Positions 51,947 to 63,488 of a DNA stretch of 64,000 nt are shown in pieces (the first letter of the stretch is position 1; each line of letters opens with the position of its first letter). This DNA comes from Ostreococcus lucimarinus (lineage: Eukaryota). The position numbers and the translations under genes were made by a program. A model generated the notes under the pieces. It saw only the letters and a list, made by a program, of their open reading frames with translations, made no database searches and was not told the DNA's origin. Location: the NCBI GenBank assembly GCA_000092065.1, contig CP000598.1. One strand, 5' to 3'.

Positions 51947-53832
51947 ATGGCAAAGGTGAAGATAATGCTAATATTGTCGATGGTGTTGATACTGCGCATG
52001 CCGAGCGCACTCGCAGGCGCACTCACACACGCACTCCTCCGTGTGGGTGGTCCACGTGTAAGGCAAGCTGTCGAAAAAGGGATGAAACAAGGCATTATGG
52101 ATTCGTTTCCAGGAGGCGTCCAGGACCTCCTCGCATACTTGCACCGCCACAGAGAGGACGAAATCAAACAGGAGTTTGGGTGCATGGCGCTCATGATCAT
52201 GTGCCGGGAAAACACTGAGAACAGACGCATCGCCGGAGAGCAGGGCGCGATCCAGGCCGTCGTGAACGCCTTGAACCGCCACAGAGAGAACAAGGAAGTG
52301 CAGAGGGACGGACACATGGCGCTCGTGATCATGTGCGAGGACAACACCGAGAACAGACGCATCGCCGGAGAGCAGGGCGCGATCCAGGCCGTCGTGGACG
52401 CCTTGAACCGCCACAGAGGGAACAGGGAAGTGCAGAGGGACGGACAACTGGCGCTCGCGATCATGTGCAAGGACAACACTGAGAACAGACGCATCGCCGG
52501 AGAGCAGGGCGCGATCCAGACCGTCGTGGACGCCTTGAACCGCCACAGAGGGAACAGGGAAGTGCAGAGGGACGGACAACTGGCGCTCGCGATCATGTGC
52601 AAGGACAACACTGAGAACAGACGCATCGCCGGAGAGCAGGGCGCGATCCAGACCGTCGTGGACGCCTTGAACCGCCACAGAGGGAACAAGGAAGTCCAGG
52701 CGAACGGGCACATGGCGCTCGCGAGCATGTGCATTAACAACACTGAGAACAGACGCATCGTAGACGCGTATGGGCAAACAGTTAGTTATTCTCCACAGCC
52801 TCCATTCGCGCGACCAGAGCGTTGAAGGACAGCGGGCGCAGTGATGATGCGCAAATAAACGCACTGTACGCGATTGCAAACGAGATGGCGCACGCTGTGA
52901 ACATGATCTCGATTCAAGGTGTCGCTGAAGGCCCGGGCGTTGAAGAACGAGTAAAACACACACAAGATTTCCTACAGCAACTTTTGTCGGACGTCGACAT
53001 CAAACTTGAGATCGAAGAAAAGCAAAACGCCGAGGCTCTGCGTGTGGTATTGCGAGTGCACGCGTATGGTCGTGCCATGAAAATTATCGAGGATCACATG
53101 CTAGAATATGCGCGCGCTGAACAAGTGGAGGAGCTGGCCGTGCTCGGACAAGAATCTGCGGCACTGTTAGAAGAACAAAACCTCCTTTCCATGGGTTTTG
53201 GCGTCAAGGAGCTGAATATGTCGATACTGGCAATCGACGCGGAGCATTTCACTGTGCACCTAGAGAAAGCTACTTCCCTGGACGAAGTCGGCAGTGCTGT
53301 GGCCATTCTCAACGCCGTCAATTCCATTGCAGTCCGTCATCTCGAGTGGAGAGATGCGAGCGTTGCAACTTTTAGCCACCTTGAAACCGAAGAGTCCATT
53401 GGTATTGAAGTCAAAATCAACAGGGACGTACTATATTCTGCTGCGATGCTTCTGAAAGATCACGAATCCCAGCTGAACCAAGAACTGGCGAGGCGCGCGC
53501 GCGAATGGAAGCTTCTGTTTAAGAATTTTGGAAAAGTGAAATTCAACCAGACGCTTGAAGAAATGGTTCAGGTGGAGCTCACCTCGCCTGAAGGCGCGGA
53601 CGCTGATTTAACACGCCGTGCTAAAAAATTTGTGGATTGGTGCGTGGAATCTTCACAGCAGCTGAGCCGAGGGGAGTTTAACCAGCGTCTTCCTGGGATT
53701 ACGGAAACGGCATATATCAGCCTAAAATCCCTCGCACAGAAGTCTGCCAGTTCGCTCGTTAAGATCGCACAAAAAACAGCTGCATCGAGGCGTAGCAAAA
53801 CAAAGACGTCAATATTCGGGTTTGCGCGCTAA
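51947..53832 (+). CDS. Armadillo-repeat protein (five or six 42-aa ARM units, three near-identical) joined to a C-terminal domain homologous to the cytoplasmic tail of the giant DUF285 protein. The two reading frames are broken near 52768-52825, either by a 50-nt intron (52768-52817, GT..AG) or by a frameshift.
   Basis: The ARM units read ENRRIAGEQGAIQAVVDALNRHRGNREVQRDGQLALAIMCKDNT. The downstream ORF has NALYAIANEMAHAV...LRVHAYG, matching [15 protein letters not shown]...MKVHAFD in the giant protein. Confidence 0.45.
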
Positions 53833-54161
53833 ATCCGCCAACCGAACGCCAGAATTGTTATGTTACGCTCGATGATAACATGGTTGGGTTGGGGCAAATG
53901 CCCACAAATCAGCGTCAGGCGAAGGAAGACAGGTGCGTCTGCAAATTCCAAATTCTCGGCAGAACAAGTTCGTCGACTGGAAGAGCTCGGCCGGTTTGGA
54001 GACAAACCCGCCATATTGGAAGAGCACTTCGCTGCCTGAGGGTACAGAAGATGTAGCTAATCAGAAGCGTGCGACCGTTAAGACCTTGGGGATTCGACTC
54101 GCTTAAGATTTCGGCACCCTCGCTTAAGATTTCTCCAGAACGAATCGTGTGAGTGAAGTGG

Positions 54162-54659
54162 TCAAGCCAAGCCACGCAACTCATCTACCGTAAATTGATA
54201 CTTGTCGAGACTGCGCTTCGAAGGCAGCGTGCCGCGCGCTCGAGCATTCTTGAGGCACGTCTTACGCAGTATTCTTTTCGCTTGCTGCTTGTAATAACTG
54301 AGTTGTCTGTAGTTACCATCGCCGCCGACCCGCTTCGGCGTATATTGAGCTCTGCTGTAGGCCGGACTCCCGTCCACGTTCTCGTGGCACGCGTGTTTCT
54401 GGCTGCGTCCAGCAACTCGGGAGTTGAATAAGCCGTCGCGCTTCTCTCTCATGTAGGCACTTTTACGTTGATGGAGCTCTCCAGCTGGAATGTCCTTTTC
54501 GAGAACTCTCACGTCCGCGTCGCCAAACTTGAAGATTGGATGTCGTGCGTATTTATGCGAGGCAAGGCGCGCTCTGAGCGAACCTGTCGTCGATCCGATG
54601 TACGTCTTGTTACATTTCGCATTATCGCTAAACATTTCGTACACGCATCCCGACGGCAT
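54162..54659 (-). CDS. GIY-YIG nuclease, copy B.
   Basis: Near-identical to copy A; the ATG was verified. Confidence 0.7.
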   Translation of the reverse strand: MPSGCVYEMFSDNAKCNKTYIGSTTGSLRARLASHKYARHPIFKFGDADVRVLEKDIPAGELHQRKSAYMREKRDGLFNSRVAGRSQKHACHENVDGSPAYSRAQYTPKRVGGDGNYRQLSYYKQQAKRILRKTCLKNARARGTLPSKRSLDKYQFTVDELRGLA

Positions 54660-55092
54660 TTGTCCTGATTACCTATCCATCCCTAAGAAAATATTGTTGC
54701 CAAAAGTGCTCCTCCTGTGGTTTGCAGTCACATTCGAGAGACCATAGGTACTCGTGTCGCTGCGTGGGGTGCAAGGTCCGGGGTGTAGATATCGAACCGC
54801 CTGATTTCACACCTGGACGTTCGTGATCCGACGAGACCTGACGAAATGACGAACTTGTTTTGTCGTCCCCAAATTCGTCAGCCCGTCGTTCGGTCACACT
54901 TTGTGTGTACCAATGATGAAAATGACGAAATGTTAAAATATTTTAATGTTTATTTTTATTTTAGATCTATGACAAGCAACAGTGTAGACCTTTATGAAAA
55001 CAGTTCGTCATTCGTCATTTCGTCAGGATCCAAACCATGGTCTTTTCGGTGTCTTGTTGAGTCTTCATATTGCAAATGTACGAATCACAAAA

Positions 55093-55611
55093 TTAGTATG
55101 AACACCAGACGACCGCCGGCGCGAGCTCCGTCTCCCCCGTGTACCCATTGTTCTTCAGCCACTCGAAGCACCCGTCGCGGTCAATTTCCCAATAGACGCC
55201 CTTCTCGTCCCTACCTTGCCTCAGGTGGTCCTCTTCCATTGGGATCCTGTGGCCCTTTTCCTTCTTGAAGAAGTCCTTGAGCTTATTGCCGACCTTCGTC
55301 GCGCTATCTTGGCCACGCGCAGCCGCTGGCAACCACGCCTGGTATTCGATGAAGATGTCACTGTTGCGGATTTTATTTCCAACCCACTTCTCAGGGAATT
55401 CAACAGTGACGCAATGCTCAAACCATCGAGTGAACTTGGGCATGCATCCACGCTTCATTTCCGAATACGCGTCGGTCGTAGGTCTCGTGCGCTCCACATG
55501 ATAACCGGTACGGAGAAGTTTATATTTATTAATTAAAGACTCGCGCGTGTTGGCGCTAAATGATTTTATTGCTGCCGAGAGACTCAAGTTTGGCCGTCGT
55601 TTGAGTCGCAT
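55093..55611 (-). CDS. Hypothetical 172-aa protein, copy B.
   Basis: Identical organisation to copy A. Confidence 0.45.
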   Translation of the reverse strand: MRLKRRPNLSLSAAIKSFSANTRESLINKYKLLRTGYHVERTRPTTDAYSEMKRGCMPKFTRWFEHCVTVEFPEKWVGNKIRNSDIFIEYQAWLPAAARGQDSATKVGNKLKDFFKKEKGHRIPMEEDHLRQGRDEKGVYWEIDRDGCFEWLKNNGYTGETELAPAVVWCSY

Positions 55612-55688
55612 CGATGGGTCGCGCCCGCCGATATAACGCCGGCGTTTCGGACACGATCTTGAAAACAAGCACTGGTTGACTTGATTGA

Positions 55689-58220
55689 TTAGGAAACCTT
55701 ATCCGTGCCTTTTACGCTGAGCCCGGTCATGGACGGCTTCGTCGGCATGGTGAACGCGGTGTAGTCCGCCGCCGTGGGCACCGTGATGCTCGTGTCGTAC
55801 GACATCCCGGAGCACGCCGACGCATCGGCGGGAGCAAGCATTTCGACACCACTTTCGAGTTTCAAGACGTACCGGTCGCCAGTCGATGGTTGTTTGAACG
55901 TGGTGCCATCGGGGATCAGGACATCCGGACGGCGATGGTAACCATTGTTGTCGTCGCACTCCTCGTTGCCATACTGGTCGACCTCGGGCGCCGCGCGCGA
56001 ACCAGTCATCGGATTGAAGCAAATGAACGGCGCGTCGCCCAACCAACCGCCTTCGTAACGCACGTTGAGATTCACCCCGGAGTAGTCGGTACCGGATGGA
56101 GAGCGCAGCAACACGGCGTCCGTGGGTATCTTGCCTTGAAGCTGGAGAGGCGCATCCATGAACTTCTTTGACGCGGAGTCCGAAGGATCTTCGAGCCACG
56201 CCATGCCCTCCCAATTGCTTGAGCTCCACTCGTAGTGCACATCCAATTTGTTGGGTTCCTCGCAAACGTCGGTAGTGGCGGTGCAACTCAAAGTGTCGAG
56301 GTTCGCAGGTGTAGCTTCGAAGAGAACCATATGAACTTCTCCCGAGTCAAAGAATGAGTTGGTTGGGTCCATTACGACTTCAGCGCCGAGGGTGCCGGAA
56401 ACGTCTTCCTTCAACGAGCCGGTATCTTTGTCGAAGACGTACTTTTTATAAGTGCTTCGAGCGTCGTTGTATCCGTTCGGCGAGCCGTAGAACTGGCTGT
56501 CGTGACTGCTCGCACTCGATAGCTTCGTCTGGTCGATACACCGCTCGCCGCACGTGAGTGCGAGGTGGCTGCTGAGCGACCCAGGGGGGACGGTTTGCGC
56601 GTCAGACACTTTGAAGTGCGTCAGGTTAAGCAAACTCGCAGAGCCTCGGCCGAAGATGCTTCCCCAGCAGCGTATGATTTGGTTGTCAATGTCAGCCATC
56701 GTGAGCGCACGCGGAGTCGTGATTGAGTTCGTGTTCAGCGATCCACCGTTCCAAGTTCGCTTCGACGACAACACGAGTGCGTTCGCGTCGGAGTCATACC
56801 TGAACTTGACCTCAACTTCTGCAGCGTTAGTGTCATCCCAGAACCAGCCTGTGATCGTCGCCCCTTGGTAGTCGCTTGCGCTTCGCACCGTCGCCGTGAA
56901 CTTGTACAACACCCCGCGTGAGACTTTGAGCCTCTTGTTCACGTTCAGTATCGGATCATCCCAATCGACAATTTCCTCTACTACGTTCCCGTCGGTGAAC
57001 GCGGTTTGAGCGATAGTCTTCTCGGCGGTACTGAGCGCGGTGTCGGAAATGTAGTCGTAATCGGAAATGTAGAGATTGCCCGGATAGTGCAGATCAGCAT
57101 TATACGTCTTGCCGTCGCTGCCTGTAGCCTGAAGATGCACGTAGCTTTGAAGGTTCACCTTCGCCCCGTTGCTGTCGTACGCGCCGTAGCGCTCACCGAA
57201 GAACGATCTGTTCTCGAGTTCATCGCAGAATGACTGCCCGTACGCCTTCGTCTTGACGAGCGTAGCGGTAGTCACCAATTGACCCGCTTGTGTCGAACCA
57301 TTATCAAAGTCGATGGTCTGGAAAGAGGCCTTCGTGATGTCGTTTTCTGCGCGCGATTTAGCACCCGCGGTGAATGAATTGCTGCCTCGTGTCACCTCTT
57401 CCCACCACGTGACCCCGGTCGCCGTGCAATCCGAATCCGCGTCGGTGGTTTCGCACTCGCGACGAACCACACCTTTGATGCGTTGGGACGCGGTCGAGCC
57501 AGTCGGCGATTGGTACGTAAAGGTAAAGTTTTTCACCAAGATTTTGTCAGACTTGATGGCGACGTCATCGCGCTTGACGATCATTTCCGTGTCGATGTTC
57601 GGCATTTCTGGGGTATCGCTGAGGGCTACCCAGACGTTCGTCTTGAAATCACGGGTATCGCTCGCGTCGTCGATGTCTGGGCCCGTGGCGTTGACGACCC
57701 AACGGTACGTAACCTTACCCTTGATTCGGTCGCCGTCGCTGTTGTCACAGTGGAAAGGATCGATCTCAGCGATGTATGGGCCAGTGTTCAGGTTCGCCGT
57801 CCAGTTCACCGAGGCGACGTAGCAAAGAACCATGTTTGGTATCTGGAAAATTTCGGTACTTACAGCGTCGACGAACGTCTCCGCCGGCGGCGCCGTGGCG
57901 TAGTCGGACGTCGAAGAGAACGAAGACACTTCGAGAGGCGTCACCTCGACGAGCGAACGACCATCGATTCGAGACGAACCAGAAGACGTCGTCGAAACAC
58001 CCTCTGACGGGATCATGGTGACTTTACGCGGCGTCAACGCCGCCTTGAGCGCGTTCGTCTTCGCCGCGCCCGACAGCCCGCTGACGGTGGTCGGGGTCGG
58101 GGCCGGGGCCGGGGCCGGGGTCGCGTCGTCATCCCTGAGCCCGATGCCGAGGCCGGTGCCAAGGGCGACCACCACGGCGGCGACACCAACGATCGCGATC
58201 GCAACGCCACGTCTCACCAT
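55689..58220 (-). CDS. The same ~843-aa membrane-anchored protein, copy B.
   Basis: Identical apart from an extra APAP encoded by one more GGGGCC unit. Confidence 0.55.
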   Translation of the reverse strand: MVRRGVAIAIVGVAAVVVALGTGLGIGLRDDDATPAPAPAPTPTTVSGLSGAAKTNALKAALTPRKVTMIPSEGVSTTSSGSSRIDGRSLVEVTPLEVSSFSSTSDYATAPPAETFVDAVSTEIFQIPNMVLCYVASVNWTANLNTGPYIAEIDPFHCDNSDGDRIKGKVTYRWVVNATGPDIDDASDTRDFKTNVWVALSDTPEMPNIDTEMIVKRDDVAIKSDKILVKNFTFTYQSPTGSTASQRIKGVVRRECETTDADSDCTATGVTWWEEVTRGSNSFTAGAKSRAENDITKASFQTIDFDNGSTQAGQLVTTATLVKTKAYGQSFCDELENRSFFGERYGAYDSNGAKVNLQSYVHLQATGSDGKTYNADLHYPGNLYISDYDYISDTALSTAEKTIAQTAFTDGNVVEEIVDWDDPILNVNKRLKVSRGVLYKFTATVRSASDYQGATITGWFWDDTNAAEVEVKFRYDSDANALVLSSKRTWNGGSLNTNSITTPRALTMADIDNQIIRCWGSIFGRGSASLLNLTHFKVSDAQTVPPGSLSSHLALTCGERCIDQTKLSSASSHDSQFYGSPNGYNDARSTYKKYVFDKDTGSLKEDVSGTLGAEVVMDPTNSFFDSGEVHMVLFEATPANLDTLSCTATTDVCEEPNKLDVHYEWSSSNWEGMAWLEDPSDSASKKFMDAPLQLQGKIPTDAVLLRSPSGTDYSGVNLNVRYEGGWLGDAPFICFNPMTGSRAAPEVDQYGNEECDDNNGYHRRPDVLIPDGTTFKQPSTGDRYVLKLESGVEMLAPADASACSGMSYDTSITVPTAADYTAFTMPTKPSMTGLSVKGTDKVS

Positions 58221-59354
58221 CGTCGCGCGTTGAAATGCGGCGACGACAAGTGGCGACGGTGACGCGATCTGCCCGCACGCAATTCAATTCCTTCGGGTCA
58301 CCTTATCTTTTGGAGCCCCGGAGATGCGACTGTTTACCAATACGATGGTTCCCTTTTTTCGGTCGCGAAAGCGCGCGGTCGCCGGGTCAACCAACACCTT
58401 CATCTCCGGGGGGGATCGGAGATTGTTTTTTACGGTCGCGCGCGCGGTCGCCGCGGACGCCCCCGCCCTCGTCGACGCCGCGCTGACTGTCGCGCGCTGA
58501 CTGACACGCGCTGACCGACGCGCGCGCGATCGAACGCCGCGAGTGGGGAAAGGCGAACGCGCGACGTCGTCGCGCGCGCCCCCGCGCGTCCCGGACCGAA
58601 CCGCGCGTCGTCGTCGTCGCCGTCGCCGTCGCGCGCGTACGCTTCGGACCGCGAAAATCGTTTTTCGTCGCGGGGGGACTGCGGTGCGGGTCGTCTCACA
58701 CTTCGGGACGCCGACGATGGTGTCGTCCGGCGACGCCGACGTCGACGACGCGGTCGAACGACGCCATCGGCGCGGTCGCGGTCGCGCCGTTCGCGATCTT
58801 CTGCCGTCGTCCTCGGCGGCGCGCGCGAACACCGTCCCGCCGTTTGAAGCAACCGGTCGAGGCGCGCTCCCGAGGTGGTTTTGCAAGAGCTGTCGGAAAG
58901 CGCTCGACGTGTTTCGTGATTTCGACGGGGAGCTGAAGACGTGTCGACTGTGTTTGCGCGCGCGCAAGAAAGACGCGAAACGCAAACGCGCGCTACGGCG
59001 GGCGGACGCGAAAAGGTCGGGCGACGGCGACGGTAAAAAAGGCGCGGCTTCGTAGAGAAGCCGAACGCAGGGAACGACGACGAGTCGCGGATGCGCGCGA
59101 AACGATCGATCTTTGATTCGACACGCCTTCGGTATAGTAGTGTGTTTTGCTCTGTAGCCTCGCGTGTTGTAACTACCGTTGTACATTTACATCAATGCGT
59201 CGTCGCGTTCGCGGCGATTTTACGTCGTCGTTCGTTCGCGACGCTTCGTTGGACATGGCGCTTCGACACAGAAGAATCCGACGCGCGCACAGTCCGTGGT
59301 GTCGCGCGCACGTCATCGCACACGTCTCATTTCTTATTTCTCCGCTCCAACTCG

Positions 59355-59980
59355 CTATCCTTCTGTCATAAAGCACACCCGGTCCGCGTCCGGGACGACG
59401 TCCTTCTCGTACTCGACGTTCGCGCAGTACATGTGTATTCGAAACAGCGCGCACCCCGTGCCGCACATGCCCGCGTGCACGTGATCGCCTCGAAAAAATA
59501 CGACGGCGCCGTTCGGCACGGGCACGAAGTCCGTTGCCTTGGTCGCGTTCATGGGTATCGGCTTCGACACGATCATCGAGATCTGCTTATGGTCGGAACA
59601 CTTTCGACCGTCGAGATCCGTGTGCCAGTCTTGGCGCTTCGTCTTGCTCTCGCCCTTCGGGGAGTGGCAATAGATGACGCTCGCGCCGCGTCGGTCGCCG
59701 CTCTCCTTCAACCCGCTCAAGAGCCACCCCTTGCGCGACGCCCGCGCGCTTCAGCGCGGCGCCGCAGTACGGATGGAACCGACGCGAGGTCTCGGGCGCT
59801 TCCCCGCGCGCGTTCACGACGTGCGTCCAGCGACTCTTCGTCCACGCCCCGCCCTTCGCTTCGCGCGCGTCGGTCGAGGGTTGGCGTCGATGATTTCTCG
59901 ACGGATCGTCTTCATCCGTGCGTCCGTGAGGCACCGCTCGAACACGGCGTAGCGCTCTTTGGACGGATCGAACATGGCCG
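59355..59980 (-). pseudogene. Fe(II)/2-oxoglutarate dioxygenase-like (PhyH-like) gene interrupted by a frame break near 59720-59815. It may be an intron-containing gene or a pseudogene.
   Basis: The sequence WHTDLDG ... VVFFRGDHVHAG gives an H-x-D...H facial-triad-like pattern. The upstream segment ...MFDPSKERYAVFERCL lies in another frame. Confidence 0.3.
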
Positions 59981-60351
59981 CGCCGTGTGAGGTGCACTGT
60001 TTCCCCTTGATCTCCGCCGCGCTCGCTCCCGCCGCGCGCGCGTGTCCAGACCCACGGCGTACGCGAGACGGCGCGTCGTCGCCGCGCTCGTCGGCTTCCA
60101 CGCGTTCGGGAACCTGACGTGTTTGGGTAACCCACGAACGGCGCGCGCGGCGAGCGCCTCCAGGCGCGCGCGCCGCGCGGGAACTCTTCACCGTGCGCGC
60201 GTTTCCACTCGGCGAACACGCCGAGGGCGAGCGCGACTACGCGTCGACGGTGCGTTCCGCGAGTTCGCACCCGCGCCGGCGACGCCTGATCGTCTCGGCG
60301 CGCGATCGTCGCGGCATGGGACGCGTTGGAGGGCGGGGGTCGGGACGCGTC

Positions 60352-60431
60352 GCGGTTTCCCGCGCCGCGCGTCGCGCGTCGTCGGGTGCTGCGGGGACCG
60401 ACCCCGCGGTTTTGTGCGAAATGAAATCGTT
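60352..60431. repeat. Second copy of the ~78-bp direct repeat.
   Basis: See 32801-32880. Confidence 0.6.
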
Positions 60432-61262
60432 CGTCTAACCGTACTGCTGCGAGTAGTCTCGGTCGTTCAAGTAAAGGTGGCGCGCCCAGTGCTGGTCGGC
60501 CGGAAACACCACGCGCGAGGGGAGGGGCGGCTGAAAATTCGGTTTCTGAGGTATTCTCGAGCGCGTGGTTGTCCCTCCCGAGCGCGCGTTTCGCCGTGGA
60601 ATCGTCCTTCGTCGAGTGCTCGTCGAAGCGTGACTCACCGTCGTCCGCTGACGTGGCGTCACGAGTCGATACGCGATTTCGCGGGTCACTCTCCCCGATT
60701 CGTGAACCGCCAAACGTAAATTAATATCTTTGCGCGCGAAAAAAGATCTTTTGACAGCTGTCAAAAAGCCGTTCGAATGCGCGAACGCTCGAATGGCGCC
60801 GCGCCAGCAGTTCGCCGCGCGCGCGACGAGGCGACGAGTCGATCGACCCGATTCATTGATTTCCAAACATCTTTGATTCGCGATAAAACGCTCGCTCGCT
60901 CGCTCGCTCGCGCCATGAGTGAACCTACGGAAACGAAAACGGCGGACCCGTTGAATTGGAAGAATGAGGAAAACGTCAAGCGCTTCGTTCGACCGAGTCG
61001 CTGGTTGTCTCTCGATATCGCGGGCTACCCGGTGCGTGACACATTTCTGTCGATCGAATTTCGCTCGCGCGTCCTGCGCGAAGCGCGCGCGTAGGACGCG
61101 TTTGGGTCGAATGCACCGCGGCCCGATTTTCGAAATTATTTCGCGCGCGATGACACCTTCGTCACGAGTATCGTCGCTTCTGGCGACGTGCGCGCGCAAA
61201 GACAACGAACTGGCAAATACAAAATCCATCATCGACTGACTCGCGAATCCCGCGCGACGTAG

Positions 61263-63488
61263 ATGTTGCGCATCAACTGGGTCTCCGCCGCGCTCGCGTC
61301 CTCCCTGCTCTGGGGCTTCATCATCTGGGTGCTCGTCGACGAGACGGGATCGTCAAGCGAAGTGACGCGTTGGACGAAGTGGATCACGAGTAACTTTACG
61401 TGGCTGTACGTCGTCACGCAGGATGTCTGGTTTATCTTCATCTTGTATCTTTTGGGTACAAAGTACAAAGACGTGAAACTCGGTCGCGACGACGAAGAAC
61501 CCGCCTTTGACTATTACGAATGGTTTTCCATGATGTTTGCGTGCGGTATCGGCGTTGGTCTGTACACTTTCAGCGTCATGGAACCCATCAGCTACTACCG
61601 CGGCGTCGTGTCAAAGCTTCCGATCGTCAACGACGATCAGCGCGCGCAGCAGGCGATCACGCTCACGCTCTTCCACTGGGGCCTTCACGGTTGGATTCCG
61701 TACGTCCTCGTCGCGATGACTTTGGGCGTCGTGTGCTACCGTCACGGACGTCCGATGACTATCCGCTCCGCGTTTTATCCGCTCTTCGGCGAAAATATCA
61801 ACGGTCTCTTCGGCGACGCGATCGACGCGTTGTCCATCGCGACGACGACGTTCGGCGTGTGCACGTCCCTCGGGCTCGGCGTCACGACGATCGCGTCTAC
61901 GATGAACCGCTTGAACAGCGATGTGGATCCAAACGATGACGCCACCAAGATCCTAATCATCTGGTTGATCACTGCCGTCGCATGTACGTCGGTCATTTTG
62001 GGTTTGAAGAACGGCATCAGAAGGCTTTCCAAGATTACGTTCTCCATCGGTCTCATCTTGCTCTTTGGAATCATCGTCGCGGACAACCCTTGGTTCTTAC
62101 TCAACTCTTTCGTGCAATCGATGGGTCATTACGTGCAATGGGTCACGCAGCTCGGCTGGGACACGGACACGTGGCCCGCGTCCGAAGCCATCATGCGCGA
62201 CACGGGCGCTTGGCACTACCTCGCTTGGGGCGCCAAGGGTGAGAGCGATGCGATCGCGCGGACGCTTTCGACGCGTGGCGCCACCGCCCTGACCGACACT
62301 GAGCTTAACACCATGTGGGGCGTGCGAACCGACGACGGTTTCATGAACACGTGGACCCTCTTCTATTGGGGGTGGTGGATTTCGTGGGCCCCGTTCGTCG
62401 GCATGTTCATCGCCAGGATCTCGCGTGGTAGAACCGTCGGTGAAGTCATCAAGGGTGCATTCATCGCGCCTATTTTGTTTGGTTTCTTTTACCTCACCGT
62501 TTTGGGCTCCCTCGGAATCAAAATGGAGCGCATCGCCGAGCTCGCGTTGACGACGGCGCCGGCGGACGTCGACTGGCGAAGCGGCGACGTCAAGTGCACC
62601 ACCCTCGGGTACGCCGCTGACGGGACGCCGACCACCGCCGGATCGATTCAGCTCGCGAAAGAGGGCTACTACGCTCTGTCGTGCCGTCCGACATCGTCGC
62701 ACATCCTTGACATCGTTGAGCCTTACGGCAAATTATCGACGCTCTTTCAAGCGATGATTCTCATCGCCATCATCCTGTACTTTATCACGTCGTCGGATTC
62801 TGGATCGTACGTCGACGACTTGATCTCCGCCATGGGCTACGAAAATCCGCCAGTGTTGCAAAAGGTTTACTGGGCGTGCACCGAAGGCGCGCTCGCGCAA
62901 GCTTTGGTGACTTCCGGCGGCTTGAAAGTGGTGCAAGGCGTCTCCATCGTCTGCGGTTTGCCGTTTACGTTTGCTCTCAACTTTATGGTCGTCTCTCTCT
63001 GGCGCGCGCTGAAGGATGAATTCAACGACGAGGCGCAACAAAAAACTCGCAAGGGGTTCAATACGTGCATGCTGGACGTCCTCGAAGGGTACGAGCCGGA
63101 AACCGCAGGCGCGAACGCGCCGGATCGCAAAACGCGCGTCGTCGCCGCATTGAAAAATTTCATCTACCCGTTCGACGCGATTCGCAAGGCGAAGATCGCC
63201 GTGGGGACGGATGAAAAATTTGCCTCCATCAACGCCGCCGTGGTCACTGGCGTGCTGTGGACTGCGATCGGTCTCCTCGCGTCCACGAAAGCCGGCGCGG
63301 GCGCGCACTCCGTGGCGTGGCTCTTCTACCTCATCTTGATTTTCTGCATCGCGAACATTCGCCGAGAAGTTCGCGCGTCCAGAAACATTCTCGGTAACAT
63401 CATGGAGGATTACACCGCCGCTGCTTTGTATCCGCTCGCGCTCGCGCAGATGGAACACGAGGCTGAATCCGACCCGAAGCTGGCGTAG
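61263..63488 (+). CDS. BCCT-family (betaine/carnitine/choline) transporter, 741 aa.
   Basis: The ATG was verified. It has the canonical BCCT signature NTWTLFYWGWWISWAPFVGMFIARISRGRT and 12 predicted hydrophobic helices. Confidence 0.85.
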   Translation: MLRINWVSAALASSLLWGFIIWVLVDETGSSSEVTRWTKWITSNFTWLYVVTQDVWFIFILYLLGTKYKDVKLGRDDEEPAFDYYEWFSMMFACGIGVGLYTFSVMEPISYYRGVVSKLPIVNDDQRAQQAITLTLFHWGLHGWIPYVLVAMTLGVVCYRHGRPMTIRSAFYPLFGENINGLFGDAIDALSIATTTFGVCTSLGLGVTTIASTMNRLNSDVDPNDDATKILIIWLITAVACTSVILGLKNGIRRLSKITFSIGLILLFGIIVADNPWFLLNSFVQSMGHYVQWVTQLGWDTDTWPASEAIMRDTGAWHYLAWGAKGESDAIARTLSTRGATALTDTELNTMWGVRTDDGFMNTWTLFYWGWWISWAPFVGMFIARISRGRTVGEVIKGAFIAPILFGFFYLTVLGSLGIKMERIAELALTTAPADVDWRSGDVKCTTLGYAADGTPTTAGSIQLAKEGYYALSCRPTSSHILDIVEPYGKLSTLFQAMILIAIILYFITSSDSGSYVDDLISAMGYENPPVLQKVYWACTEGALAQALVTSGGLKVVQGVSIVCGLPFTFALNFMVVSLWRALKDEFNDEAQQKTRKGFNTCMLDVLEGYEPETAGANAPDRKTRVVAALKNFIYPFDAIRKAKIAVGTDEKFASINAAVVTGVLWTAIGLLASTKAGAGAHSVAWLFYLILIFCIANIRREVRASRNILGNIMEDYTAAALYPLALAQMEHEAESDPKLA

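Larger units (their letters stand above)
54125..58353. repeat. Segmental duplication, copy B (4229 bp).
   Basis: See copy A. Confidence 0.85.

Noticed and set aside
59091-60719. Plus-strand ORFs of 299 and 225 aa
   Set aside because: They are Arg-rich translations of GC-rich DNA, antisense to the dioxygenase-like sequence.
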